A stretch of 64,000 nucleotides of DNA, taken from the human T2T-CHM13v2.0 reference genome, Homo sapiens. Position numbers and translations under genes: made by a program. The notes under the pieces are model-generated. The model ran no database searches. It saw only the letters and a list, made by a program, of their open reading frames with translations, and was not told the DNA's origin. Numbering within the stretch: the first letter of the stretch is position 1; each line of letters opens with the position of its first letter. This document shows, piece by piece, positions 29,321 through 41,555 of the stretch. The stretch lies in the NCBI RefSeq assembly GCF_009914755.1, contig NC_060929.1; one strand, written 5' to 3'.

Positions 29321-29459
29321 GGCCAGGCATGGTGGCTTATGCCTGTAATTCTAGCTCTTTTGGAGGCTGAGGCAGGAGGATTCCTTAAGCCCGGGAGTTT
29401 GAGACCAGCTTGGGAAACATAGGGAGACACTGTCTCTATTAAAAAATAAAAATAAAAAA
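29321..29459 (+). mobile_element. FLAM_C-like Alu monomer
   Basis: Left monomer with A-tail. TSD TTTAAATACTAA at 29309-29320 and 29460-29471. Confidence 0.85.
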
Positions 29460-29719
29460 TTTAAATACTAAAATAATACAGATGGTGTTTGGAAATAACA
29501 GGTTACAAGGAAGAATTAGTTCAGAAAGTCAAATAACAAACCCCATTATCTGCTTGAAGATATAACATATTTCTACTGTAAAGATACATTCATTGTTTGG
29601 ATTTTACATTCTAGATATCCAGAGAAATATCACTGTGGAAAAATAGATTACGTTTTAATTCTTTTTCTGCCCCAAATTTGGTTTATTTTACTAGTCAATT
29701 TACACACACCATCTATGTT

Positions 29720-32190
29720 GATTTATTCCATCAGTTAGTCAATATTTACTCTGTGCCTGGTAAGTCCAGCAGAGAGAATAGCAGGTGCTTTGAAGGGAAA
29801 GTACATTACACAAACATCGAGGATATGTGTGGACAGAGAAGCTAGCAAAGGGAAGCAAATAGGAGATAAGAATAAGAGATATCAGGGAAACAAAATTGGA
29901 CTTTGACTCTAAATAAGGAGAGAAGCTATTGGGCTAATATAACAGAAGGAAAAATTCATGTTTCAGGTGTATCTCTGGCTGCAATGTGGAAAATAGTGAC
30001 AAAGGAGGGATGAAGAAAAAAAAGAAATGTGGAAGCAAGTTTGGCTTTAATTGAACAAGAGAAATAATGGTGGTGTGGTCCAGAGTAATACCAACAGGAG
30101 CAGTGGAAAGGAGACAGATTTAGGGTATACTTTGAAGGCAGGGCTATCAGAATTTGCTGATGGATTGGATTGTGAGGAAAAGAGAGTAGTCAAGGATACT
30201 TCCCAGGCTTTTGGTCTCAGGAACTATAAATGTTGAATTACCATTTTCAAGATGATGAAGACAAGAAAAGGAGGTTTAGGAGCAAAACAAGGACTTTGTT
30301 TTCAACCACGTTGATTATAAGATGTTCATTATGGAGTCAAATGAATCTTTCAGATAGTCAGCTTCATGTAAGAGTAGACTTTAGAGAGCAATCTATCTTT
30401 GAGATATAAATTTGGGAGTTATCAGCATGGAGATAAAATTCACAGATATGAAATGAAATGATACAATTTACAAAATGAGTATAGATTTGAGAGAAGTTCA
30501 TGAAGTAAGCCATAGAGCATTTCAAGGGTGAAAGATTGAGGAGAAAAGTGAAGTTCAACAAAGGGGAACCAGGTGAAACAGATGGTGAGGTAGGGAAGAG
30601 CCTATAGAATAATTATTTGAGACCAAGTGAAGGAAGTGTTTCAAGAAAAAGAAACCAGTAAATGACTCCAAAGTTTGACAACGGTTGAGTACTACAGGGG
30701 TGAGGGTTAGATTGAACTAGACTGGATCAGATTACAGTAGACAATTTGGAGGTTACTGGTGATTTGGAGAAAGCCGTTTCGTTGAATGGTGGAGATAAAA
30801 GTTGGGTTGGACTAAATCCAAATGAAAATGAAAGGAGAGGATGCAAATAAGAAAAGCATAAATCACCCTTTGAGGAGTGTGAACCCAAAAGTATTTAGAA
30901 AGTTCACTTTGCCAAGGTTAAGGATGTGCCCATGACATAGCCTCAGGAGGTTCTGACAACATGTGCCCAAGGGAGTCAAGGCACAGCTTGGCTTTGTACA
31001 TTATAGGGAAACCTAAGACATCAGTCAATATGTGTAAGATGTACATTGGTCCATAAAGACAGGACAACTCAAAGCAGGGTAAATTATAGGTAAATATGGG
31101 ATTTATTTAAATTAACATAATGAGGAAAGAAGTAGAAGAGATAATAAGAAACCAGAGAATTATGAAAGAAAAAATGATAATTGATGATGTTTTTAAGTAC
31201 AGATTATACACTACAGAAGGTAAATAGTTATTATAGGTAAATAAGATACAACAGTTTGCATTCTTTTGTGTCTTTGATCAGCCTTCCACTGAATACACAA
31301 TTTTCATGTTAGAGAGGGATAGACAAATAGTCACTTAATGCCTTAGACTGGCTCAGTGAATCTGCATCTTTACATAACAATAGGACAGAAAAAAGCAATC
31401 AGATATGTATTTGCCTGAGGTGAGCAGAGGGATGACTAAGAGTTGTATCCTGTGTCCTGCAGCTGTGTAGATAAGCTATCAATTTACATTTCCAGGGTGA
31501 AATTCAACAGAATGATTTCAGGGTAAATGTCTTGAGGCCCACAGGGAATTTCCTTGTAGACAAATTGTGAGGGAGGTACGTAGCTTCTAAAAATATATAT
31601 TTGTAGCTATTTTATTTAGCAATAAAATGGGAGCCAGGTTTTCCTGATGAAGTTCCCAGCTTGACTTTTCCCTTTGACTTAGCGACGTTGGGTTTGCAAG
31701 ATTTATTTTCTTTTCACAGGAGTTTATCTGCATAGAAGAGAAGGGAAATGGGATCAACACATGGATGGAGGAATTGTGGGCAGATGAAAACATGAATGGG
31801 CTAGTTTTTTGTTTGTTTGTTTGTTTTTTAAGGATTCAGGATATTGTATGATTGGGGAAAAGGGGGATGGTATAGTGTTAAAACTATTGAATAAAGAGAA
31901 ATATAGAAGAATTATTGGAGCAAAGTCCTTGAGTAGGAGGAGTAGATGAGTGTTAGTGCACAAATGTTGGCACAGGTCACTGTAAATAGCGTAAACCATT
32001 CATGCAAGGTGATAGTAGGAAAGGCAGAGTGTATGTGCTCAGATGCCTGTAGGTAGATATGTGTGATAAAAGCTCCTGATTGTTCTCTTCTTCTTGTTTC
32101 AAGTTTTCTCAAATATCTAGAAAACAAAGCCAATCAGCTAGTAATGAAGAGAACATAATTGAGATGAGATATGTAGAGAAATAAAAAATA
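29720..32190 (-). mobile_element. L2, long degraded fragment interrupted by a MER4 LTR
   Basis: CTCTGGCTGCAATGTGGAAAATAG, GAATTTGCTGATGGATTGGA, GAGATATAAATTTGGGAGTTATCAGCAT and CCAAGTGAAGGAAGTGTTTCAAG are typical antisense L2. Confidence 0.8.
30878..31718 (-). mobile_element. MER4-group solo LTR carrying a foreign ~120-bp insert
   Basis: TGTGAACCC...TTTTCACA termini. 4-bp TSD GGAG at 30874-30877 and 31719-31722. Confidence 0.9.
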
Positions 32191-33150
32191 TAAAATGTTC
32201 ACCTAAAACATTAATACTTGAGGTACAGAATTTGTGGTGCCAGATTCTAGAAAGGTAGAGCTACTCAGGGAAAAACCTTTACATATATACATAGAGAGCA
32301 TCTTGAAGGATTCACTAGTTATTAACCTGTGCATATGTAAAGTGAAATTCCATGATACTGAGTAAAGAACAACTTTCAGGGAAAGAACAATTATAGGGGA
32401 CTGTAAGCTAAATAATCAACAGAACACACTAAAGGCCAATAAATATTCAAAGTCTCACTAGCCAGAGTGAAGAAACCTTGTTGAATATAAGAGAACTGCA
32501 GCTGAAAATGCAGGAATGCCATGCCTTTGTTGTGGGGCTAAATTAGCTCAACTGTATAGATTATGATAGATCGCCTTTTAATCGCTTCTTTAAAATGTTG
32601 AAAGCTCAAACTCATCTGCCAAAAACTTAATTGAGTGCAACAGCAAAGTCCAAGACTCTTAAAAACAACAAAAGTCAGCATTTAACAACGTAAAGTACAC
32701 AATGACCATAAACCAATAGAAAATACTACATATACATAAACAGAAAACTGTGACCAATATTCATCAGAGGACAAAAAGGGAAAGACAAAAAAAATGACAG
32801 AGATAACAGTTAAGTGACAAGGGCATTAAAATAGCAATTATAAGTATGTATGCTCAAGGATTTATTTAAATTAACAAAATGAGGAAAGAAGTAGAAGATA
32901 TAATAAGAAACCAAAGAGAATTATGAAAGAAAAAATGATAATCGATGATATGTTTTTAAGTATTGATTATACACTACGGAAGAAAACAGAACAATCTAAA
33001 GTCATAGCAATAGAACATATCCTGAATGGAGTACAGAGAAGAAAGAATGAAAAAAAAAAAAAAGAACAGAGGTTTAATGATTCAATGATTGCAGGACAAT
33101 GTTATGTGACATACATAGTTGTAACTTGAATCCCAGATTGTGACCATAGG

Positions 33151-33511
33151 TGTATAGTCCATTTTCACACTGCTATAAAGAATGACCTGAGACTGGGTTA
33201 TTTATAAAGAAAAGAGGTTTAATTGATTCACAGTTCTGCATGGCTGGGGAGGCCTCAGGAAACTTACAATCATGGAGGAAGGCAAAGGGGAATCAAAGCA
33301 CATCTTGTATGGCAGCAGGAGAGAGAAAGAGAGGGAGAAAGTGCTGTGCTTTTAAACCATCAGATCTCATGAGAACTCACTCACTATCAGGAGAACAGCA
33401 TAGGGGAAACCGCCCCCATGATCCAATCACCTCCCACCAGGTTCCTCCACAACACTGGGGATTACAATTTGAGATGAAATTTGGGTGCAGACACAGAGTC
33501 ACATCATATTA
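33151..33511 (-). mobile_element. MST (MSTA/B) solo LTR
   Basis: GGGGAGGCCTCAGGAAACTTACAATCATGG core. TSD ATAGG/GTAGG. Confidence 0.9.
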
Positions 33512-33795
33512 GTAGGGATCAGAAAAAAAATGTTTGAAGAAATAATGACCAAAATTTTTCCAATTTTGGTAAAAACTATAAACCCACAGATATAATCTTA
33601 ATGATTCCCAAGTTCAATAAACAAAGCAAACCATGCAAATGCATGATACAATCAACTTTCTGAAAACCACCAATAAAAATAAAAACCTTTAAAGCTGCCA
33701 GCAATACAAACGCATTACATAGAAAATAAAGAATAACTTCTCAGAAATCATGCAAGCAAAAAGATGGAGGAATGACCTTTTAAAAAAATCTCAAT

Positions 33796-34535
33796 TACCA
33801 TCTCACATCAGTTAGAATGGCAATCATTAAAAAGTCAGGAAACAACAGGTGCTGGAGAGGATGTGGAGAAATAGGAACACTTTTACACTGTTGGTGGGAC
33901 TGTAAACTAGTTCAACCATTGTGGAAGTCAGTGTGGTGATTCCTCAGGGATCTAGAACTGGAAATACCATGTGACCCAGCCAACCTGTTACTGGGTATAT
34001 ACCCAAAGGATTATAAATCATGCTGCTATAAAGACACGTGCACACGTTATGTTTATTGTGGCACTATTCACAATAGCAAAGACTTGGAACCAACCCAAAT
34101 GTCCATCAGTGATAGACCGCATTAAGAAAATGTGGCACATATACACCATGGAATACTATGCAGCCATAAAAAATGATGAGTTCATGTCCTTTGTAGGAAC
34201 ATGGATGAAGCTGGAAACCATCATTCTCAGCAAACTATCACAAGGACAAAAAACAAAACACCTCATGTTCTCACTCATAGGTGGGAATTGAACAATGAGA
34301 ACACATGGGCACAGGAAGGGGAATATCACACAGCGGGCACTGTTGTGGGGTGGTGGGAGGGGGGAGGGATAGCATTAGGAGATATACCTAATGCTAAATG
34401 ACGAGTTAATGGGTGCAGCACACCAACATGGCACATGTATACATATGTAACAAACCTGCACGGTGTGCACATGTACCCTAAAACTTAAAGGATAATAACA
34501 ATAAAATTAAAAAAAAGAATTTTATATAATATTTT
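33796..34535 (+). mobile_element. Young L1PA 3' end (~720 bp)
   Basis: Close to primate L1 consensus (TAGCATTAGGAGATATACCTAATGCTAAATGACGAG). TSD AAAAATCTCAATTA at 33784-33797 and 34536-34549. Confidence 0.95.
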
Positions 34536-35670
34536 AAAAATCTCAATTAAAAAACCTTATAAACCTAGAATTCTATATTCAGTGAAAATATTCCTCAAAA
34601 ACAAAGGCGATATAAAGAATGTTTCAGGTGGGTAAAAGACGAGAGAACTTACCTTCAGCAGGACTGGACTTTCAGAAATATTAAATAAAGCTCTTCAGGC
34701 AGAAGAAAAACAATACCAGGTGAAGACTTGAATATGGGGGAGGAATGCAGAGTACTGGACATGGTAAATGTGTGGGTAAATATAAAACACATTTTTATTA
34801 CAATTAATTTTTTTAAATACAACTGAGTGTTTAAAGTAAAACTAGAATAATACATTTTGGTGTTTTTAATGTATGCATAAGTAAAGGGTATGAGAGCTAA
34901 ACACAGAGGGGAGAAGAGGAAAAGGAAATCCAATTAAATTTCCATAAGCTCCTTTATTATATTTGAAATAGTACAATGTTAGTGAATATTGACTGTAATC
35001 AGTTAATTTTAGATATTGTAGGACACAGAGTAGCCCTTAAAAAACAGTGGTGAGTAGACAAAAATTTTTAAAGTTCATAAATTGTGAAGAATGATGGCAA
35101 AGCAAAGACAAAAAGTAACAGATGAAACAAACAGAAAATGTCAACATGGTAGATTTAAAATCCCAAATATAAATACTTATATTAAATGTAAATGATCTAA
35201 ATACATCAATTAAAAGGTACCTCTTATCAGATTAAACAAGGCAAGGTAGAATTATTTGCTGTCTAAAGGATACATTTTAAATAAAAAGGGAAGTTAAAAA
35301 CAAAATGATAAAAATATATATTATGCCATTCGCTAATCAAAGGAAATACGAGTTGTGAGATAACTATCAGAAAAGTAGTCTTCAGGACAAAGAATTATAC
35401 CAGAGATAAAAGTGGGTCATTCTGTAATGATAAGGGTCAATTCATGTAGAAGACATTGCAATCTTAAATGTTCAAAATGCATGAAACAAAAACTGACAGA
35501 ACCAAAAGGAGAAATAGACAAATTTACAATTGTAGTTGGAGATGTTAATGCTCCTCTCAGCAACTAATACTGACAGAACAAAAAGATTAAAATGAATAAC
35601 GATAGAGAATACATGAACTACATTATCGACCAACTGGTCCTAATTGACCTTTATAAAATACCACATCCAT

Positions 35671-36692
35671 TCTATTGGGTTGAATAGTGTCCCCACCCAA
35701 ATTAATGTCCACCTGAAACCTCAGGATATGTATTTATTTGGAATAAGGATCTTTGCAAATATAGTTAAGATGAAGATCTCAAGATGTGATCATCCTGGAT
35801 TGAAGGTGGGCTCAAATCCAATGATATCATCCTTATAAAGACTGAAAGAGGGAAGATATAAAGAAAGTGACAAAAATATCAAGGCATAGCTTGGAGTATG
35901 TTTATGCTTTGTAGGGAAGCCAGAGATCATCTCTAACTCCTCCTTTTAGTTCTTAGTGGGCTCTTCAGCTGGATCTAAAAACCAAATTGACTTCAGGAAG
36001 ATCAACAAGAGAAAAGTATACAGATTTTATTAGTTTTACATCTACAGGGGATTTTTGCAAGAGAGTGAAGATGGAAGAACTGGTCAAAGCATGATGCTTT
36101 TATGCTTTTCAGAAAAAAAGAACTATAAAGTTGAGAAGAAATGGCAGGACAAATAATACCTGGCTAAGGGAGTCAATTTCTAGGGAAGTCACCAGGAGAT
36201 ATACAGGGGGAGTGTAAAACAGGTGGAAGATAAGAGTTATTTTATTAAGTATATTTATTCAGGTCCATTGCAACCCCCAATTCCCAGTCTCTGGTGAGAA
36301 GGGCTATTTTCTCACCCTGGTATGGCAAGGGTATGCCTCCTACAGGAATCTGTATGGTTTGCTGCATGTTTCTGAAACTACAATTTCTCCAATGTTTTAA
36401 CTCAAAATAATAAGTACACCAATCTGGCATATTTTAGGATGGCACATTCTTTACTCCTTAAGCTTCTAAAAATCAAGGCACACCAAGAATCATTGACGGC
36501 CACTGAAGCTAAGGAAGAGGAATTGGAATGGATTCTCCCACAGAGCCTAGAAAAGGAACAAACCTTGTCAAAACTTGATTTCAACTTGATTTCAGACTTC
36601 TGGCCTCCAGAACTCTGAGAGGATAAATTTCTGTTGCTTTAAGTAGCTTAATTTGTTGTAATTTATTACAACAGTCCTAAGAAACTAATACA
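35671..36692 (+). mobile_element. MLT1C-like LTR interrupted by a MER34-like LTR
   Basis: GGGTTGAATAGTGTCCCC start, GACTTCTGGCCTCCAGAACT, and GAAACTAATACA end. Confidence 0.85.
35910..36461 (-). mobile_element. MER34-family ERV1 solo LTR
   Basis: TGTAGGG...GGCATATTTTAGGATGGCACATTCT..CCTTAA. 4-bp TSD GCTT at 35906-35909 and 36462-36465. Confidence 0.8.
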
Positions 36693-36724
36693 CCCACCCA
36701 ATGACAGTGTAATACCCATTCTTT

Positions 36725-37186
36725 TTCTGTTCTTCAACTTTTATTTTAAGGTCTGGGGTATATATGCAGGATGTGCAGGTTTGTCGCATAGGTAAACAGC
36801 TATTCTTCCTGATGCTCTCCCTCATGAAATCTTCGCCCATACCTATGTCCTGAATGTTATTGCCTAGATTTTATTCTAGGGTTTTTATAGCTTTGGGTTT
36901 TACCTTTAAGTTTCTAATCCATCTTGAGTTAATTTTTGTATAAGGCATAAGGAAGGGGTCCAGTTTCAAATTTCTACATATGGCTAGCTAGTTCTCCCAG
37001 CACCATTTATTAAATAGGGACTCGTTTCCCCATTGCGTGTTTTTGTCAGGTTTGTCGAAGATCAGATGGTTGTAGGTGTGCGGTCTTATTTCTGAGTTCT
37101 CGATTCTGTTCCATTTGTCTATGTGTCTGTTTTTGTACCAGTATCATACTTTTTGGTTACTGTAGCCTTGTAATATAGTTTGAAGT
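36725..37186 (-). mobile_element. L1PA insertion, 5'-truncated, with two internal deletions
   Basis: 3' UTR tip, a 26-nt 3' UTR piece and an ORF2 piece are joined. 17-bp TSD TGTAATACC(C/A)ATTCTTT at 36708-36724 and 37187-37203. Confidence 0.9.
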
Positions 37187-37702
37187 TGTAATACCAATTC
37201 TTTACAAATGCACATGTAACTTTCACTAAGATTGACAAGTTGATCATTCTAAACACATTGAGATCTTGTAGAGAATCTTCCCAGGTGACAATATTAAATT
37301 AGAAATCAGCTACTGAAAAATGTTTTGAACTTACCAGTATTTTGAAACTAAACAAAAAACTCCTAAATAAATCATAGGTCAAGGAAGAAATCACAAGACA
37401 AACTAGAGAATACTTTGAACTGATGGAAAATAAAAACACAAAATCTATGGGAGGCAATTATGATAGTGATTAAAGTTACAGTTGTATGTTTTGCTTTAAA
37501 TGCTTTTATTAAAAAACAAGTCAAAAATTAATAATCTAAAAATCCATAATAAGAAGCTAAAAGAATATTAGCAAATTAAATACAAATAAATAGAAGAAAA
37601 ACAAAGTCAATGAAATAGATACAGAAATCACAGAGAGAAAATCATAAGGGAAAAAAACCCAATAACACCAAAAGGTAGTTCTCTAAAAAGATCAAAAACA
37701 TT

Positions 37703-37859
37703 TGGCGGGCAAATGTTTGGTCACTCAGACCGATAATCCCAGAGGTCTCTGAAGGCTCAATTGGGAGGATCACTTGAGCCCAGAAGTTCTACACGATGGT
37801 CAGTCCTGCTATTGCACTCCAGCCTAGGTGACAGAGCAAGACCCAATCTCTTAAAAAAA
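37703..37859 (+). mobile_element. Diverged Alu right monomer (FRAM/AluJ fragment)
   Basis: GGGAGGATCACTTGAGCCCAG...TGCACTCCAGCCTAGGTGACAGAGCAAGACCC followed by an A-tail. Confidence 0.7.
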
Positions 37860-39197
37860 TTATATTCCTCTATTATAATAATCATTTAAAAAAACACAAA
37901 TAACTAATATCAGGAATAAAATAAGAGAGAGAAGTACATATCTTACAGACATTACCAGAACAATGAAGGAAAATTACAAGCAAATAATGAAAATAAACTT
38001 AATAATCTACATGAAATTATCAAACTATTTGCAAGCCACAAATTACCAAAACGGACTCAAAATGAAATAAAAATGGCTGCATATCTATGAACAAAATTGA
38101 CTTTATAATGAAAAATGGAATGCAAAGAAAACCTCAGGCCTGTATAAAATCTGTAAAACATTGTTAGTAATAACAAATCTCACATTTAGAAAATCGAAGA
38201 GAATATACCAATTCATACGAAGTGTCTAAATTATTAATTATACTGATACCCAAACTTGAAAATCTAAAAATGTGTTTATACAAATAAGTGAGTGTAGTAA
38301 GTTCTCATAATAAAAAGTTAATATATTAAAAACACTTTTAGTTTTACGTACTAGCAATAAAACTTTGAAAATGGAAACAAAAAATAAGAGCTATAACTGT
38401 ATACACTTGAAGCTGTTAAACATTAAGAGAAACTGATCAAGATCCAAATAAACAGTGAAATGTAACATGATGATTCGAAACAGTCGCTTCTTGTCAAATC
38501 AAGTTATCAAGCCATTGAGTCCCAATAGCAAATTTCATGGTAAATTTTTCTAAAAATTGACGAGCTGATTCTAAAATTTATATGGAAATTCAAATATAAT
38601 AGAATAGCCAAAATAGTGGCTAAAAATAAAATCGTTGGGATACAGGACTTACAGTAAAGCCACAGTAAAAAAATAATGTGGTATTCATGAATAGAAAGAC
38701 ACATAGATGAATGAAACAGGATAGGGAGTTTTGAAATAGATTCACGTATGTGGTCAGTCAATTTTCACCAAAGGTGTAAAGTTTACAAAATTGAAGAAGG
38801 ATCATTTTTCAACAAATGATGCAGGAAAAGATGGATTTCCATTTATAAAAATGACCTTAGCCAATTGTTCATATTATACACAAAGAATAACCTAGAATTT
38901 ATCATGCCATAAAAGCTAAACATTCCTTTTAAAAGAAAAATATCAAGAAAAGTTTTGCAACTTTGGGTTAGAAAAATATTTTTCTTGATATGTTTTTCTC
39001 TATGTGGTAAAAAATACATAACATAAAATGTACCATGTTAATCATTTTTAATCATACAGTTCAGTGGCATTAATTATATTCACATTGTATTGACACAGAT
39101 TTCCAGAACATTTTTATCTTGCAAATCTGAAATTCTATATCCATTAAACAATTCCCCTTTTTCCTCATCCTCCCAGCCCCTGGTATCCACCATTGTT

Positions 39198-39511
39198 TTG
39201 TTTCTTTTGTATGTTTTGTTGTTGTTGTTTCAAATGGAGTCTTGCTCTGTCACTCAGGCTGGAGTGCAGTGGAATGATCTTGGCTCACTGCAAACTCCGC
39301 CTCATGGGTTCAAGTGATTCTCCTGCCTCAGCCTCCTGAGTAGCTGGGATTGCAGGCTCCCACCACCACATCCAGCTAATTTTTGTATTTTTAGTAGATG
39401 GGGGTTTCACCATGTTGGACCAGGCTGGTCTTGAACTCCTGACCTCAGGTGATCTGCCCGCCTTGGCCTCCCAAAGTGCTGGGATTATAGACCTTGAGCC
39501 ACCATGGCCAC
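39198..39511 (-). mobile_element. AluS (Sx/Sz-like)
   Basis: Dimeric Alu. TSD CCACCATTGTT at 39187-39197 and 39512-39522. Confidence 0.95.
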
Positions 39512-39833
39512 CCACCATTGTTCTTTCTATTTCTATGAATTTGACTACATTAGATACTTTATATAAGTGGAATTATGCATATTTGTTTCCTTGTGAATGA
39601 TTTATTTCATTTAGCATAATGTCCTCAAGGTTCATCCACATTGTGGCATGTGATAGAATTTTCTTCCTTTTTAAGGCTGAATAATAGTCCACTGTATGCA
39701 TATATCACATTTTCTTTATTGATTAACTGATGGATATTTAGAATACTTCCATTTCTTGTCTATTGTGAATAGTGCTTCTATGACCCTGGGTATGCAAATA
39801 TGTCTTTGGGATCTTGCCTTAAATTCTTTAGGG

Positions 39834-40180
39834 CAGGGGTTCCCACAGGGGTCTCCAACCTTGGGGCAATGGACTGGTACCAGTGTGTGGCCGATTAGGA
39901 ACTGGGCCACACAACAGGAAGTGAGTGGTGGGTGAATGAGCATGACTATCTGAGCTCCTCCTCCTGTCAGAGCAATGGCAGCATTAGATTCTACTAGGAG
40001 CATGAATCCCATTGTGAATTGTGCATGCAAAGGATCTAGGTTGCACCCTCTTTATGAGAGTCTAACTAATGCCTGATGATCTGAGGTGGAATAGTTTCCC
40101 TCAACCATCCCCCCTCCATCCGTGGAAAAATTGTCTTCCATGAAACTGGTCCCTGGTTCCACAAAGGTTGGGGACTGCTG
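39834..40180 (+). mobile_element. MER1B (hAT-Charlie non-autonomous element)
   Basis: CAGGGGT..CCAACC / GGTTGGGGACTGCTG TIRs. 8-bp TSD CTTTAGGG/CTTTAGCG. Confidence 0.9.
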
Positions 40181-40225
40181 CTTTAGCGTATATACACTCA
40201 GAAGTGTGACTGCTGAATCATATGG

Positions 40226-40632
40226 TGTATTCGTTCCTTCTCACACTGCTATAAAGTAATATCTGAGACTGAGTAATTTATAAAGAAAAGAGGTTTAATT
40301 GGCTCACTGTTCTGAAGGCTGTACAGGAAGCATGGCTAGGGAGGCCTCAGGCAACTAACAATCATGGCAGAAGATGAATGGGATGGGAAAGATGGCACAT
40401 CTTCACGTGGCCAGAGCAGAAGGAAGAGAGAGAGTGGGGAGGTGCTACACACTTTTAAACAAACAGATCGTGCAATAACTCACTCTTGCCATGACAAAAC
40501 CAAGGGGGATGGTGTTAAACCATGAGAAACTGCCCCTATGATCCAATCACCTTCTATCAGGCCCCACTTCCAACATTGGTGATTACAATTCAACATGAGA
40601 TTTGGGTGGGGACACAGATCCAAACCAGATCA
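40226..40632 (-). mobile_element. MSTB-like solo LTR
   Basis: GGCTGTACAGGAAGCATGGC core. Perfect 5-bp TSD TATGG. Confidence 0.9.
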
Positions 40633-40938
40633 TATGGTAGGTCTATTTTTTTTTAATTTTAGGAAGTGGTAGACTGTGTTTCATAGTATTTGCATTATTT
40701 AGAATCCCACCAGCAATGCACAAAGGCCCCAATTTCCTCCACATTCTTATGAACACTTTGTTCAAGAATTTTCTGATAATGGCCATTCTTAAAGGATGTG
40801 AGGTGATATCCCTTTGTACTTTTCATTTGCATTTCCTTGATGATTAGTGATGTTGTGCATCTTTTCTTATGCTTGTTGGCCATTTGTACATCATCTTTGT
40901 AGAAATGCCTATTCAAGCACTTTACCCATTTAAAAAAA

Positions 40939-41555
40939 ATTTTATTTTACTTTATGTTCTGAGATACATGTGCAGAATGTACAGGTTTGTTACATAGATA
41001 TACATGTGCCATGGTGGTTTGCTGCACCTATCAACCTGTCATCTAGGTTTCAAGCCCCAAATGCACTAGGTATTTGTCCTAATGCTCTCCCTCCCCTTCC
41101 CCCCACCCCTCACAGTCCCCAGTATGTGTTGTTCCCCTCCCTGTGTCCATGTGTTCTCATTGTTCAACTCCCACTTATGTGTGAGAACATGGAGCGTTTG
41201 GTTTTCTATTCCTGTTAGTTTGCTGAGAATGATGGTTTCCAGCTTCATCCATGTTCTTGCAAAGGACATGAACTCATTCTTTTTTATGGTTGCATGGTAT
41301 TCCATGGTGTATATGTGGCACATTTTCTTTATCCAGTTTATCATTGATGGGCATTTGGGTTGGTTCCAAGCCTTTGCTGTAGTAAAAAGTGCTGCAATAA
41401 ACATATGTGCATGTATCTTTATAGTAGAATGATTTATAATCTTTTGGTTATATATCCAGTAATGGGATTGCTGGGTCAAGTGATATTTCTGGTTCTAGAT
41501 CCTTGAGGAATCTCCACACTGTTTTCCACAATGATTGAACTAATTTACACTCCCA
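40939..41555 (-). mobile_element. L1PA 3' end (~620 bp)
   Basis: ORF 41066..41479 is the ORF2 terminus. Primate 3' UTR with T-rich head. Confidence 0.9.

Noticed and set aside
34517-34535. Possible L1 3' transduction between the poly-A and the TSD
   Set aside because: Only ~19 AT-rich nt, indistinguishable from tail decay.
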